Assembly (NCBI GenBank): GCA_965223005.1
Contig: CBDCVK010000002.1
Coordinates: 288,001 to 352,000 of the forward strand
Direction: 5' to 3'
Origin: Terriglobia bacterium
GTDB lineage: Bacteria > Acidobacteriota > Terriglobia > JAJPHL01 > JAPKYU01
DNA length: 64,000 bases
The notes under the pieces were generated by a model that was not told the origin of the DNA, made no database searches, and saw only the letters and a program-made list of their open reading frames with translations. Shown here one piece after another: positions 7,872 to 17,618 of the stretch. The position numbers were made by a program, and so were the translations under genes. Positions within the stretch are counted from its first letter, which is position 1, and each line of letters starts with the position of its first letter.

Positions 7872-9683
7872 CTAGTCGTCAGAAAGGAGTAGACGCCGTA
7901 AGGTGGGCATCGGGAGCGCCCCTTCGGCCAGCGCCCGATCGTGGAAGTGCTTCAGGGAAAAGGCATCGCCCGCCGCGGCGCGCGCCTCGTTGCACAACCG
8001 CAGCCATTCCCGCAGTCCAACAAAGTAGGTGGGCAATTGCGCGGAGGAGAGCATGGCGCGCCGAAGTTTTTGTTCGGCTTCAGTGCGCTCCTGGAAGGTG
8101 TCTTCGATCATCAAGTCCATCGCCTCCTGGTCGCTCATGTTTCGCGTGTGCATACGCACGTCGAGGATGGCGTTGGCAATGGCGCGCAGTTCTCCCTTCA
8201 TTAGGGTCAACAGCAGCTTCGGGTTCACCTTCTCGCCCGGCCTGGCTAGGTAGCCTTCTTCTACCAGCACGCGAGTGATGTAGACGGCCCAGCCTTCCAC
8301 ATAGGGCGTATTCCCAAACACAGCGCGCACGAGCCGGCGCGTCTTGGGCTGGACTTGGTTGGCGTGTTCGAACTGGATGTAGTGCCCGGGGATGGCCTCG
8401 TGGATGCTGATCAGCCGCAGCATGTAGTTGTTGTACTCGCGCAGTTTGGATTCAGCGCGCTCCCTCGGCCAGTCAGAAGGGATGGGCGTCACCCAGTAGA
8501 AGGCGCCCAATTCCGGCTGTAACGGCGGGGCAGGCTGGAAGCCGGCCACTGCGTAAATGCCGCGCATGAACTCGGGCGTGTCAATCACCTGGAGGTTGTC
8601 GCGCGAGGAAAGCGTGACCAAGTCCTTGCGGCGCACAAAGTCGTGCAGCTCGTCCAGTTGCCGGAGGATGTCCGGCTTAAGGCGGTCAGCCTCGACGTGC
8701 TCGGCGGCGATCTTGTCCAGCACCTCGCGGATGACCGCATTCTCTCGCTCCTTTCCCTTCAGGTCCGCGTGGTCGGGGTGTCCCGAGTAAATCTGTTTGT
8801 GCAGGGGCAGCGCCACACGCAACATCTCGGCGCGGAGCCGGCGCAGTTCCGCCTCCGCGTCGGCCAGCACCTGGTCGGGGGAAAGATCGGTTTGCAGAGC
8901 CAGCCGCAGCTTGGCCCGGTATTTTTCCTTGCCCAGGCGCCAGGTGCCAGTCGAGCGGTGGGCCAGGTCCTCCTTAAGAAAATGGCTGAACTCTTCGAAC
9001 GCCTTCAGGGCCGGGGCGGCTGCGGCGTCGTAGCGGGCCTTCAGCTCTGCCGGCACCTGCGAGGCTATCGCTTGCTCGACCAATCCTACGTTGCCTTCGT
9101 TCTCTTCCAGGGCGACCTTGGTATAGATTGGGTCGGTGTCCACCAGGTTCTTCCGACCCTGGCGCAGTAGCTCCGGAATACGGCTCAGGCGGGCGATGAT
9201 GTGCCGGAAGCGCTCCTGCTTGGGTGCATACTCCAGAACCATGGGCAGGAACAGAGCAGTCCCGGCCAGCTCCACGTAGACGGTCGGGTTGTGGCGGTAG
9301 TTCTGGATCGTCTCCAGCTCGAGCAGGCTCAAGGCGATCTGGTCCTGGATCAGGTCGTAATCGGCCCGGTCCTCGGCATTCAGCGCTTCGCGCTTCACCT
9401 CTTTCTGGAATCGTTGCCGGTAGCGCTTGAGCGTAGCGCGCTGCTTCTCAAGCCCGGCGCTGCTCATGTCCTCCAGCAATTCATCGAGCTGGACTTCGCG
9501 GCCTGTTTTCGGGTCCTGGTAACGATGGAATCCGACCTGAGTGGCGGAGGTGGGGGACAGCGCCAGTACCTCTTCCAGGAAGCTCTGGGCCAACGCAGCG
9601 AACTTGCGATCAGCAGCGGCTAGCGGGGTTGTCATGGCACAGCAGAAACACGCCAGCAGAAGGGGACTCCAGAAGAACCGCAC
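7872..9683 (-). CDS. DUF885 family protein
   Basis: HEAIPGH, EGWAVY, QLPTYFVG and FHD motifs; signal peptide; GTG start placed downstream of TATAAT box at 9723-9728. Confidence 0.88.
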   Translation of the reverse strand: MRFFWSPLLLACFCCAMTTPLAAADRKFAALAQSFLEEVLALSPTSATQVGFHRYQDPKTGREVQLDELLEDMSSAGLEKQRATLKRYRQRFQKEVKREALNAEDRADYDLIQDQIALSLLELETIQNYRHNPTVYVELAGTALFLPMVLEYAPKQERFRHIIARLSRIPELLRQGRKNLVDTDPIYTKVALEENEGNVGLVEQAIASQVPAELKARYDAAAAPALKAFEEFSHFLKEDLAHRSTGTWRLGKEKYRAKLRLALQTDLSPDQVLADAEAELRRLRAEMLRVALPLHKQIYSGHPDHADLKGKERENAVIREVLDKIAAEHVEADRLKPDILRQLDELHDFVRRKDLVTLSSRDNLQVIDTPEFMRGIYAVAGFQPAPPLQPELGAFYWVTPIPSDWPRERAESKLREYNNYMLRLISIHEAIPGHYIQFEHANQVQPKTRRLVRAVFGNTPYVEGWAVYITRVLVEEGYLARPGEKVNPKLLLTLMKGELRAIANAILDVRMHTRNMSDQEAMDLMIEDTFQERTEAEQKLRRAMLSSAQLPTYFVGLREWLRLCNEARAAAGDAFSLKHFHDRALAEGALPMPTLRRLLLSDD

Positions 9684-9860
9684 GGCGGACCTCGAACCAG
9701 CAGGCGTAGTTTGCGACGGGCAATTATAGCCCAACAGGTCGCCGGGGACAGCGCCTTTCCTGGCCGCACGCCTTGCCGCATGTTAGATGTTGTTACTACG
9801 CGCGCGAAGATTTAGAATGCCGGGCATGGCGGGAGAGGCTGCTGCCGAAAAGGAGGAGTT

Positions 9861-10940
9861 ATGAAACCGGCAAGATCAACTCGCTTGATCCGCTCGATCC
9901 TGGCGCTGCTGACATCGGTTGCCTGGCTGGTCGCGCTCACAGGCTGTCAACCGGCACCTGAGGCGCCAACGCGTCCGGTGGAGGAGAAGGCGGAGTGGCC
10001 GGAAATCGCCGGGTACGCGAAGATGGTCGTCCCCACCGACAATCGCATGACCCCGGCCAAGGTGGCGCTGGGCAAGCAACTCTTTTACGACCAGCGACTG
10101 AGCGGCGACGGCTCGCGGGCCTGCTATTCCTGCCACCTGAAGGAGCACGGCCTGACCGACGGGAAGCCCACCGCCATCGGCGCCTACGAGAAAAAGTTGT
10201 CGCGAGCCAGCCCGACCCTTTGGAACATCGGCTACCACTCCGAGTTCTACTGGGACGGCCGCAGCAAGTCGCTGGAGGCCCAGGCGATGGCTGCCTGGCG
10301 AGGCGGCAACATGGGCGCCTCGGGCAAAGACGAGCATCCCAGCGTCGAGGACATCTCTGCGAAGCTGAACGAAATCCCGGAGTACGAGGAACAGTTCATG
10401 AAGGTGTTCGACGAGCCAGCCACTCCGGTGAATGTGGTCAAGGCCATCGCCGCCTTCGAGCGCACCATCGTCAGTGACAAGTCCGCCTGGATCCGGTTCC
10501 GCGCTGGCGACGAATCCGCCTTCAGCGAGGAGGCCGGCCGCGGCTGGCAGCTTTTCAGCGAAAAAGCCCAGTGCACTAACTGCCACGACGGCCTGCTGCT
10601 GACCGATCTGCAATACCACAATGTTGGCATCGGCATGGGAAAACGGAAACCGGACGTGGGCCGCTTCAAGGTAACCAAGGAGAAAAAGGACACGGGCGCC
10701 TTTAAGACCCCGACGCTGCTGGATGTCAGCAAGTCGGCTCCCTATTTCCACGACGGCAGCGTGGCCACTCTGGAAAAGGCAGTGGACTTGATGCTTCGCG
10801 GCGGCAAGAAGAACAAGTACCTGGACCGCACCAACCTCGAGCCGGTGAAGCTGACCAAAGAGGAGAGAGCAGATCTGCTGGCTTTCCTGCAGGCGCTGGA
10901 CGTGGACTACGCGATCATGCCACCGTCTTTGCCTAAGTAA
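9861..10940 (+). CDS. Di-heme cytochrome c peroxidase / MauG family lipoprotein
   Basis: CYSCH and CTNCH heme motifs, LGKQLFYD, FKTPTL, PYFHDGS; lipobox LTGC. Confidence 0.92.
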   Translation: MKPARSTRLIRSILALLTSVAWLVALTGCQPAPEAPTRPVEEKAEWPEIAGYAKMVVPTDNRMTPAKVALGKQLFYDQRLSGDGSRACYSCHLKEHGLTDGKPTAIGAYEKKLSRASPTLWNIGYHSEFYWDGRSKSLEAQAMAAWRGGNMGASGKDEHPSVEDISAKLNEIPEYEEQFMKVFDEPATPVNVVKAIAAFERTIVSDKSAWIRFRAGDESAFSEEAGRGWQLFSEKAQCTNCHDGLLLTDLQYHNVGIGMGKRKPDVGRFKVTKEKKDTGAFKTPTLLDVSKSAPYFHDGSVATLEKAVDLMLRGGKKNKYLDRTNLEPVKLTKEERADLLAFLQALDVDYAIMPPSLPK

Positions 10941-11186
10941 GCGCCCAAGTGCGCGAAGTCGGTCACTTCGCCGTCCGCAAACGAGGCCCAGGATTCCAAA
11001 GGCAACTCGCGGTTTCCGAAACCGCCGGGTCACCAATTCTGCGTCTCCGCTCGCCGATGTTCCGCCCGACGTTCCTCGTGGCGACTCCTCTTTTCCGGCG
11101 GCGCCGCGCTGGCTTCCGCAACACTACGTCTCAGCTTCCGGCCTCCGGTACGCGCGTCGGTTTTGTGCTAGAATGTTTTATGAGCT

Positions 11187-11765
11187 ATGCTTTACACTCG
11201 CGACTATGTTGCGTATGTCTGCCGCGAGTTGATCGCCCGACTGGCTAAAAGCCACCTCAAGCTGGGCTCTCCCGAAATCGTCAGCCAGAAGGTTCGCGAG
11301 GCGGTCACCAATGAACTCAGCGCCGAGGACCGGCTCAACGACGAAGTGCGCGCGCTGCTGGAGCGCTACGCCAGCGAGATGCGCTCCGCCGGCGCCTCCT
11401 ACGGCGAGAGCTTCAAACGGGTGAAACGGCAACTGATGAAAGAGCGCGGCGTGGTGGCGGCCGCGGTCCGCGACAGCGGCGAGAGCACCCGAATTTCCCA
11501 CGACAAGATCACCAAACTCTCCCACGTGTTGGTCAACACGCTGGCTAATCTTCGCAAAGAGGTGGAACTGCTGGGTGAGAAGAACGACGTGCGGCTGGAA
11601 ATCGTTCGCCTGTTTACTGAGTTGTTCCGCGCGGAAGAGAAGATGGACCGCAGCGCCCGCCAGAAAATCCTTTCCCAGAAACGTGCGATTCCGGAAGGCA
11701 GCCAGGAGTGGGACATCCTCTATCGCAAGTACTATGCGGAAGAGATGAGGAAGATCCGGGTCTGA
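11187..11765 (+). CDS. DUF507 family protein (two tandem domains)
   Basis: ELSAEDRLNDEVR...FKRVKRQL and IPEGSQEWDILYRKYY motifs. Confidence 0.8.
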   Translation: MLYTRDYVAYVCRELIARLAKSHLKLGSPEIVSQKVREAVTNELSAEDRLNDEVRALLERYASEMRSAGASYGESFKRVKRQLMKERGVVAAAVRDSGESTRISHDKITKLSHVLVNTLANLRKEVELLGEKNDVRLEIVRLFTELFRAEEKMDRSARQKILSQKRAIPEGSQEWDILYRKYYAEEMRKIRV

Positions 11766-11978
11766 GCAGTCTTCCCGACTACGCAGGCGCCCGGGAGAAA
11801 TCCCGGTACCGCGTAACGCAAGAAAGCAAAACCGGGCGCAGCCGCGTGGAGTGGGGTCTCCCGGCCGGCCCAAACACGGCGAGCCCTAGCTCTTACTGAC
11901 CTTGAGAAGGAAGGGACAGGCGCGATGTCCTGTCTTCACGCGGGCACGCGATGCTTCGCGTAGTTTGGCCCCGAGGTC

Positions 11979-12980
11979 CTAGTCTCGGCGCTTCAGCTTG
12001 GGTGGCCGGTCCCCGTCGTCCTCTTCGCCTTCGTCTTCTTTCCTACCCTTCTCGTCTACCGGACGGGTATCGGCGGTAGTGGACTTGCGAAGGGTGGGAC
12101 GGTCGCTCTTGCGGTCCTCCAGGCGGCGACGGTAGTGGATTGCCTCCAAACGCAACCTGACTTCGTCAAACTCCGAGGTGGTCACCAGGTGCTCTTCGCG
12201 GTCCGGCAGCCCACCCATCTGCCGCTGCGTGCGGGCAATTCGATCCGGAGTCTGGGGATGGGAGCGGAAGGCCTTTGCCAGAAAGCCAGGGCGCTTCTTC
12301 TCCTTGGCTTGAATCTTCTCGAAGAAGGTGACAAACCCCTGGGGATCGTAGCCGGTCTTGTACATGTACTGCAACCCCAGAAAATCCGCCTCGCGCTCGA
12401 AGCCGCGCGAGAACTTCAGGAAGCCCAGCGGGACCAGAAGGCTGGCCGCCCCGCGTGCTCCGTACCCGATGCCGCCGCCAACGAAGATCAACGGGAGGGT
12501 GAGAAGCTGGGTCAGCTGCCCGCGGGTGGCTTGCCGGGTTCCGTGCCGCGCGGCTACGTGCGCAATCTCATGGGCCATCACGCCAGCCAGTTCGGCCTCT
12601 TCCTCCGCTTCCAGGATCAGACCCGAATTGACGAAGAAGAAGCCGCCAGGCAGTGCGAAGGCGTTGATTTCTTCCGCGTCGATCACCTTAATGGTGAACG
12701 GCACCTTGGCGTCTGAATTGCGGACGAGGTTCTGCCCAACCCGGTTCACGTACTCGGCGACCACCGGATCATTCACGATGCGCGACTGCGATTCCACTTG
12801 CTGCGCCAGCGATTTGCCGATGGCGATCTCCTTCTCCAACGAGTACCAGTTCATACCCTTGCCGACGTCGCGTTCGCCGATCTTCTCGATGTCTTTCTTG
12901 TCGTCCTTCTTACCAGCGACCGCGGGCAGCGGCAAAGCCAGGACGAACACAAGCAACACAGAAAGCAGCTTACGGTTCAT
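11979..12980 (-). CDS. M48 family metallopeptidase
   Basis: NAFALPGG, HEIAH, FSRGFEREAD, SHP; signal peptide; AAGGAG SD. Confidence 0.92.
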   Translation of the reverse strand: MNRKLLSVLLVFVLALPLPAVAGKKDDKKDIEKIGERDVGKGMNWYSLEKEIAIGKSLAQQVESQSRIVNDPVVAEYVNRVGQNLVRNSDAKVPFTIKVIDAEEINAFALPGGFFFVNSGLILEAEEEAELAGVMAHEIAHVAARHGTRQATRGQLTQLLTLPLIFVGGGIGYGARGAASLLVPLGFLKFSRGFEREADFLGLQYMYKTGYDPQGFVTFFEKIQAKEKKRPGFLAKAFRSHPQTPDRIARTQRQMGGLPDREEHLVTTSEFDEVRLRLEAIHYRRRLEDRKSDRPTLRKSTTADTRPVDEKGRKEDEGEEDDGDRPPKLKRRD

Positions 12981-13084
12981 AAACCGGCTCCTTGCAGCTA
13001 TCAATAACATTATACCAATTGAGGCCGGCCGCGCCTCTATTCTATTAAACGCTATAGCGGGGGTAAAAGTTTCGCTGATTCACT

Positions 13085-13289
13085 CGCGAGGGGCGGTCCA
13101 GAAGTCGCGTGCAGGAAGCCAAGTTAAACACCCGTAGAGACTTGCAGCCTAGATGCCAACTTCAGCCCTGGGCCTTTTGGGCCAGGGCCCCCTTCGGGGA
13201 ACTGGCTCCCTATCGAAGTGCATCGGGCCGACCGGGTATGGTATACAGGACCCCAACTTGGCTCTTGATCCCGACATCGCTCGCTCGCG
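13085..13289 (+). ncRNA. Structured ~205-nt RNA, 6S RNA candidate
   Basis: Nested helices 13085-97/13276-89, 13117-25/13255-63, 13130-34/13233-37, 13152-56/13220-24, 13159-63/13215-19; apical C(UUCG)G hairpin favours + strand. Confidence 0.55.
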
Positions 13290-13336
13290 CAATGCGATAA
13301 CTCAGCCTCTGCCTTGAGGAATGATCGCGGACGGTG

Positions 13337-13921
13337 ATGCGCATTCTAAGAAAACTGTACGACTGGGTCTTGCACTGGGCGGAAACTCCCTACGGCGCGC
13401 CCGCGCTGTTTCTGGTTGCCTTCGCCGAATCCTCCTTCTTGCCCATCCCGCCCGACGTACTGCTCATTGCTTTGGGGCTGGCGCTCCCGAGAAAGGTGTT
13501 CCGCTATGCCCTGATTTGCACAGCGGGCTCCGTGTTGGGTGGGGCTTTCGGATACCTGCTGGGATGGCAGTTTTGGGAGCTTGCCAAAGACATCTTGTTT
13601 CACTACGTGAGCCCCGAGAGCTTCGACGCCGTCCGCAAGTACTTCATCCAGTATGAGGCCTGGGCGGTGGCCATCGCCGGCTTTACCCCGATTCCCTACA
13701 AGGTGTTCACCCTGACCGCAGGATTTCTGAGGGCCGACTTTAAGGTGTTTCTGGTGGCTTCGGCGCTCAGCAGGGCAGCTAGATTCTTTCTTATCTCGGC
13801 CCTGATCTACAAATTTGGCCCGGCGATTCGAACCTTCATAGAGAAGTATTTCAACATCCTGACGGTCCTGTTTGCCGTCCTGTTGATTGGTGGATTCATC
13901 CTTCTGAAGTACGCGCTTTGA
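13337..13921 (+). CDS. YqaA/DedA (VTT domain) membrane protein
   Basis: FAESSFLPIPPD, AGFTPIPYKVF, SRAARFF. Confidence 0.92.
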   Translation: MRILRKLYDWVLHWAETPYGAPALFLVAFAESSFLPIPPDVLLIALGLALPRKVFRYALICTAGSVLGGAFGYLLGWQFWELAKDILFHYVSPESFDAVRKYFIQYEAWAVAIAGFTPIPYKVFTLTAGFLRADFKVFLVASALSRAARFFLISALIYKFGPAIRTFIEKYFNILTVLFAVLLIGGFILLKYAL

Positions 13922-13995
13922 CAGAGATTCCTTGGACCAACAAAGGGCATCGGTCCTCGGAATGACATGCGGCGGGGTTTTCGGCACCCTGCTAA
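13922..13995. repeat. REP/MITE-like palindromic element (half copy)
   Basis: GAGATTCC..GGACC...GGTCC..CGGAATGACA hairpin followed by TTTTCGGCACCCTGCTA. Confidence 0.45.
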
Positions 13996-14104
13996 AGAAG
14001 ATCGCCGGCTGGGGGTTCACCTACACCCGAAGCGCGCTGTGCCTCTCCCACTGCCTCCCTGAACTGTAGTAGACTATTCCCCCAATTCCGCGGGGAGGGA
14101 ACTG

Positions 14105-14320
14105 ATGGCCGTCAGCAACATACTTCTTGGGCAGGTTTGGAAAAAGGACGCCACCGGGGACAATTATCTGGTTACGAAGCTCTACTCGGAAGCCTTTTCT
14201 ACCTACGCCATGCTGCGAGGTGTCAACGGCGACGAGGTGCTCAGGATCAAAGTGGGCAAGAGCGGGGAAGGCGCCGGTTTGAAAGGTTTCACCTACACGC
14301 AGGAAAGCGCGGACTTCTAA
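14105..14320 (+). CDS. Small hypothetical protein
   Basis: GGAGG SD, TAGACT -10 box upstream, 71-aa protein-like ORF. Confidence 0.7.
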   Translation: MAVSNILLGQVWKKDATGDNYLVTKLYSEAFSTYAMLRGVNGDEVLRIKVGKSGEGAGLKGFTYTQESADF

Positions 14321-14432
14321 CGGGCTGCTCGGACTTGCCCGGCCGCCACCGTGAGGGAGCGACCCCCTGAGCCTCTCGGCAATCTGCCGCAATGAGCCAT
14401 AGTTAAACAGCTAAGAAGTGAGCGGCCAGCTG

Positions 14433-15695
14433 CTAGCGGACGGTAATTGTGCCGAAGCCGAAGCTGCTGACACCGCCGACACGCCAGCGCACCAGATGCT
14501 GGCTAGGCCGCAGCCCGGCGGGCACGATGGCGTTGACTTGATAGATGCCGGCCACACCCGGCGCCAGACCGGCGAATGTTACCTCTGCCCGGCGATCCCC
14601 CATGAATACTTCGGGCGGTATCAGCACCCGTGCCGGAGGAGAGGCCGGCGCGGGGATGCCCGCCGGGATAAATGGCTCGGTAGGGCCCAACCCAATCCCA
14701 TAAATCTCCAGTGACTCGCCGGCTACCGCTGGGTGGTCCGGGTCGGCAGGCACAGAGGTACCGGCGTGGAACGCTGCCGCCTGCGCCCCGGTCGGCCTCA
14801 CAGTGCCGCCGTTTTCCGGGGTTTCCGAGGGGAGGATGAAGATGGCGGGAGCGAACGTTGTGACTTCGACGGCGGTCGCAGCCGCCAGCGTGCCATCGGC
14901 AAAGCGGAGCTGGAAGGCGGCGGGCCCCTCGGGAATCTCCGGCGGTAGTTGCGCGTTCAGCTGCCAGGGTGTGACGGCCAGCAGCGGGGCGGGTCGCCCG
15001 TTCACCAGGAGCGAAACGCCGGCCAGCGATTCGGGCAGGGGAAAACCGTCCGCTAGGGTTAGGGCATCGGGCGCAAGGTTGAGCCCGTTGTCGCTGATCA
15101 CTCGTTGCGGAGCGGGCGCCAGCGCTCCGCTGAACACCGGCAAACGAAGCTGCCCGCTGCCGTCCGCGTTGACCAGGTAGAAGGGCTGCTGGCGCCGCGC
15201 CAAATACAGCACTTTGGAGCCGTCGGGGGAGATGTACGGGCTGTCCAGGCAGGCGAAAAAGCAGTTGAGCCAACCCACCTGCAGGGGCTGGATGCAGCCC
15301 TCGGTGTCCACGACCACGATACGATCCGTGCCGGTGGCCATCTCGACCACATGCACTTGCTCACCGGAGGGCAGCAACGCGGTAAAGGCAGCCCGCGCGC
15401 CATCGGGTGAAACCGAGACGGCCGTGGCACCCTGGGGAGGCTGTCGCCCGCTCGGGAGCTCGGTAAGCCTGCGCAGCCCCGTCCCCTCAACCGTGGCCGC
15501 GTACAGGTCCATCACGAGCAGCGTGGCGCCTTCCGGGCTTACGGTTGAGCCGAACACTACCATACGCCCCGAACCGTCCACGGCAGGGGCCAGCAGGGCA
15601 GGCGAGCGTCCCAGGATCAACGGACGCCCAGTCCCGTCCTGCGCCCGCAGCGCAAGCGGCCACAGCAGCAGTGCCAAGCCAAGGAATCGGATCAT
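14433..15695 (-). CDS. Secreted TolB-like propeller protein with TIGR03437-type C-terminal domain (probably internally deleted)
   Basis: Signal peptide, SPDG repeats; LPESLAGVSLLVNG, QLNAQLP, FAGLAPGVAGIYQVN. Confidence 0.75.
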   Translation of the reverse strand: MIRFLGLALLLWPLALRAQDGTGRPLILGRSPALLAPAVDGSGRMVVFGSTVSPEGATLLVMDLYAATVEGTGLRRLTELPSGRQPPQGATAVSVSPDGARAAFTALLPSGEQVHVVEMATGTDRIVVVDTEGCIQPLQVGWLNCFFACLDSPYISPDGSKVLYLARRQQPFYLVNADGSGQLRLPVFSGALAPAPQRVISDNGLNLAPDALTLADGFPLPESLAGVSLLVNGRPAPLLAVTPWQLNAQLPPEIPEGPAAFQLRFADGTLAAATAVEVTTFAPAIFILPSETPENGGTVRPTGAQAAAFHAGTSVPADPDHPAVAGESLEIYGIGLGPTEPFIPAGIPAPASPPARVLIPPEVFMGDRRAEVTFAGLAPGVAGIYQVNAIVPAGLRPSQHLVRWRVGGVSSFGFGTITVR

Positions 15696-15793
15696 CCCTA
15701 CCGCCCACGGCATCTTCAATTTCTTTACCACCCGGAAAGATCCTTGTCCGGTTGGTGTCCGGTTAGTATCGTCCACGGCCAGTCGGTAGCCTG

Positions 15794-16513
15794 CTAAATC
15801 GAGGGGCGGCCGCGGCAGAGTTCGGTGATCGGGTCGGCGACCAGCAGCATTTCTTTCAGCAAGAACGGCTCGCCGTATTTCACTCCCGCCATCATGCCGT
15901 AGAAGCGGGCCAGAGCCTCGACCCGCTGGCACAACTCGTCTTGCGAGGGAAACAGGTCCTTCCCCTCGGCCTGGTCGTCGTACTGCGAGTGGTAAGCCAG
16001 CAGGGCCTGGAGACGCCGCTCGAACTGGTTGGTGATGTCCACTACAAACGAGGGCCGCACTTCGTAGTAGAGCGTACAATACAGAATCTTGTGTGGCCGG
16101 TGCGGCTCTCCCTGCAGTTCGAGCTTCTTCAGGCCGGCCAGAAAGCAGGCTTCATAGCCCAGCGTGCTGGCGGTGTAATGGTCGGGATGGCGCCCCTGCC
16201 AGTAGGGGAGGACCACAAGCCGCGGGCGAAGCTGGCGGATCTTGGCCGCCAGCTTCAGGCGGTTCTCATGGGTGTTTTCCACGCGGGCGTCGGGTAAGCT
16301 GAGGGTCTCGCGCCAGTGAACGCTCAGCAAGCGCGCCGATTCCTGTGCCTCGCGGGCCCGCTGCTCGACGGTGCCGCGGGTACCCATCTCGCCCGATGTC
16401 AGGTCCAGGATGCCCGTGCGGTAGCCCGCCTCGGACAGCTTCAGCAACGTGCCCCCGCAGGTCTGCTCCGTGTCATCGCGGTGGGCGGCAATTGACAGTG
16501 CGTCAACAGTCAT
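15794..16513 (-). CDS. bshB1: Bacillithiol biosynthesis deacetylase BshB1 (PIG-L family)
   Basis: AHRDD, DLTSGEMGTRGT, RHPDH, SQY and YGEPF motifs. Confidence 0.85.
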   Translation of the reverse strand: MTVDALSIAAHRDDTEQTCGGTLLKLSEAGYRTGILDLTSGEMGTRGTVEQRAREAQESARLLSVHWRETLSLPDARVENTHENRLKLAAKIRQLRPRLVVLPYWQGRHPDHYTASTLGYEACFLAGLKKLELQGEPHRPHKILYCTLYYEVRPSFVVDITNQFERRLQALLAYHSQYDDQAEGKDLFPSQDELCQRVEALARFYGMMAGVKYGEPFLLKEMLLVADPITELCRGRPSI

Positions 16514-16530
16514 CGCAGACAGAATGATTT

Positions 16531-16607
16531 ACCACGGATGAACACAGATAAATCCGGATTTGTTGGTCTGGAGGTTCGTGGAAACCACTGCTACGCTCAT
16601 CTGCGTT
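16531..16607. repeat. 9-mer periodic intergenic repeat
   Basis: CACGGATGA/ACACAGATA/AATCCGGAT with partial inverted arm TCATCTGCGT. Confidence 0.45.
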
Positions 16608-16617
16608 TTGCCAGAAG

Positions 16618-16866
16618 TTAATGCTTGAGGCGCCGCAGCAACTGCCTGGGCTCAACGCGGTACTTGAAGGCCTTCCGTCCGTTGATAAATATGACTGGAA
16701 CCTCGTTGGTGAACCTGGCTTGCAGTTCGGGGTCCAGATCAATATCCAGGATTTTCAGGCGAAATTCCGCTACCTCCCTCAAGCTGTCAATCACCTGCTT
16801 GGCATCTTCGCAGAGGTGGCATCCCTGGCGCGTGTAGAGGGTCACCTCCGGTCGGTGTGGCTCCAT
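16618..16866 (-). CDS. Glutaredoxin-like protein (DUF836)
   Basis: VTLYTRQGCHLCEDAK, VPVIFING; start at MEPHRP. Confidence 0.88.
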   Translation of the reverse strand: MEPHRPEVTLYTRQGCHLCEDAKQVIDSLREVAEFRLKILDIDLDPELQARFTNEVPVIFINGRKAFKYRVEPRQLLRRLKH

Positions 16867-16913
16867 TCCTTTGCCCGCGACCGTGGACTTTGGACCTCGG
16901 GACTCTTCAGGGC

Positions 16914-17618
16914 TCACCACTCGGTGTAGCGCCGCACTTGGCGCCGGCGACCCACGACCTTGACAAGCGCCAGGCCGGCGAAAAAGCCGCCCACGTGCGC
17001 CCACCATGCTACGCCGCCCTGATTCAAAGCAACGGCTGTGCCTAGGGTGGTCAGGCCGGAAACGACCTGGATTACGATCCAGTAGAGCAGAATGACCCAC
17101 GCGGGCAACTCCCTGATGAAGATCAGGAAAAAGGGGATCAGCGTGAGCACCCGTGCGCCGGGGAACAGTACCATGTAGGCACCCATGACTCCGGCAATGG
17201 CGCCGCTGGCACCCACGCTGGGAATCTGCGACGACGGGTTGGCGAAAATGTGCGCCAGGCTGGCCACCAACCCGCAGGCCAGGTAGAAGGCAAGGTAGCG
17301 GAAGTGGCCTAGTTGGTCTTCCAAGTTGTCGCCGAAGATCCACAGGAACCACATGTTGCCGAGCAGGTGCAGAACCCCGGCGTGCAGAAACATGGAAGTC
17401 AGCAGCGGCGGAATGGCCCCCTGGGCCGTCGGCACCGCTGGGTCTGCCATAAACCGCCCAAACTGCAGGGGAACTACTCCGTTCTGGGCGAAGAAGTACT
17501 CCAGGCTGAAGGGATCCAACCGCCACTGGTAGACGAAAACCAGCACGTTGACCACGATGAGGCCCACGGTGATGAACGGCGCCGAGTAGCGGGGCGCGTT
17601 GTCGCGCAGTGGGATCAT
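16914..17618 (-). CDS. Rhomboid intramembrane serine protease
   Basis: MIPLRD start, SMFLH..HLLGNM, GASG, AWWAHVGGF. Confidence 0.93.
   Translation of the reverse strand: MIPLRDNAPRYSAPFITVGLIVVNVLVFVYQWRLDPFSLEYFFAQNGVVPLQFGRFMADPAVPTAQGAIPPLLTSMFLHAGVLHLLGNMWFLWIFGDNLEDQLGHFRYLAFYLACGLVASLAHIFANPSSQIPSVGASGAIAGVMGAYMVLFPGARVLTLIPFFLIFIRELPAWVILLYWIVIQVVSGLTTLGTAVALNQGGVAWWAHVGGFFAGLALVKVVGRRRQVRRYTEW

Noticed and set aside
10941-11186. Hairpins between the peroxidase and DUF507 genes as a riboswitch
   Set aside because: Isolated stems only; no recognisable aptamer motif.
11187-11765. Tandem DUF507 fusion as a novelty
   Set aside because: Probably an ordinary fusion of two normally adjacent genes; nothing further is supportable.
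13085-13289. tmRNA, RNase P or SRP RNA identity
   Set aside because: No tRNA-like CCA end, no GAGGAAAGTCC motif, no SRP helix-8 motif.
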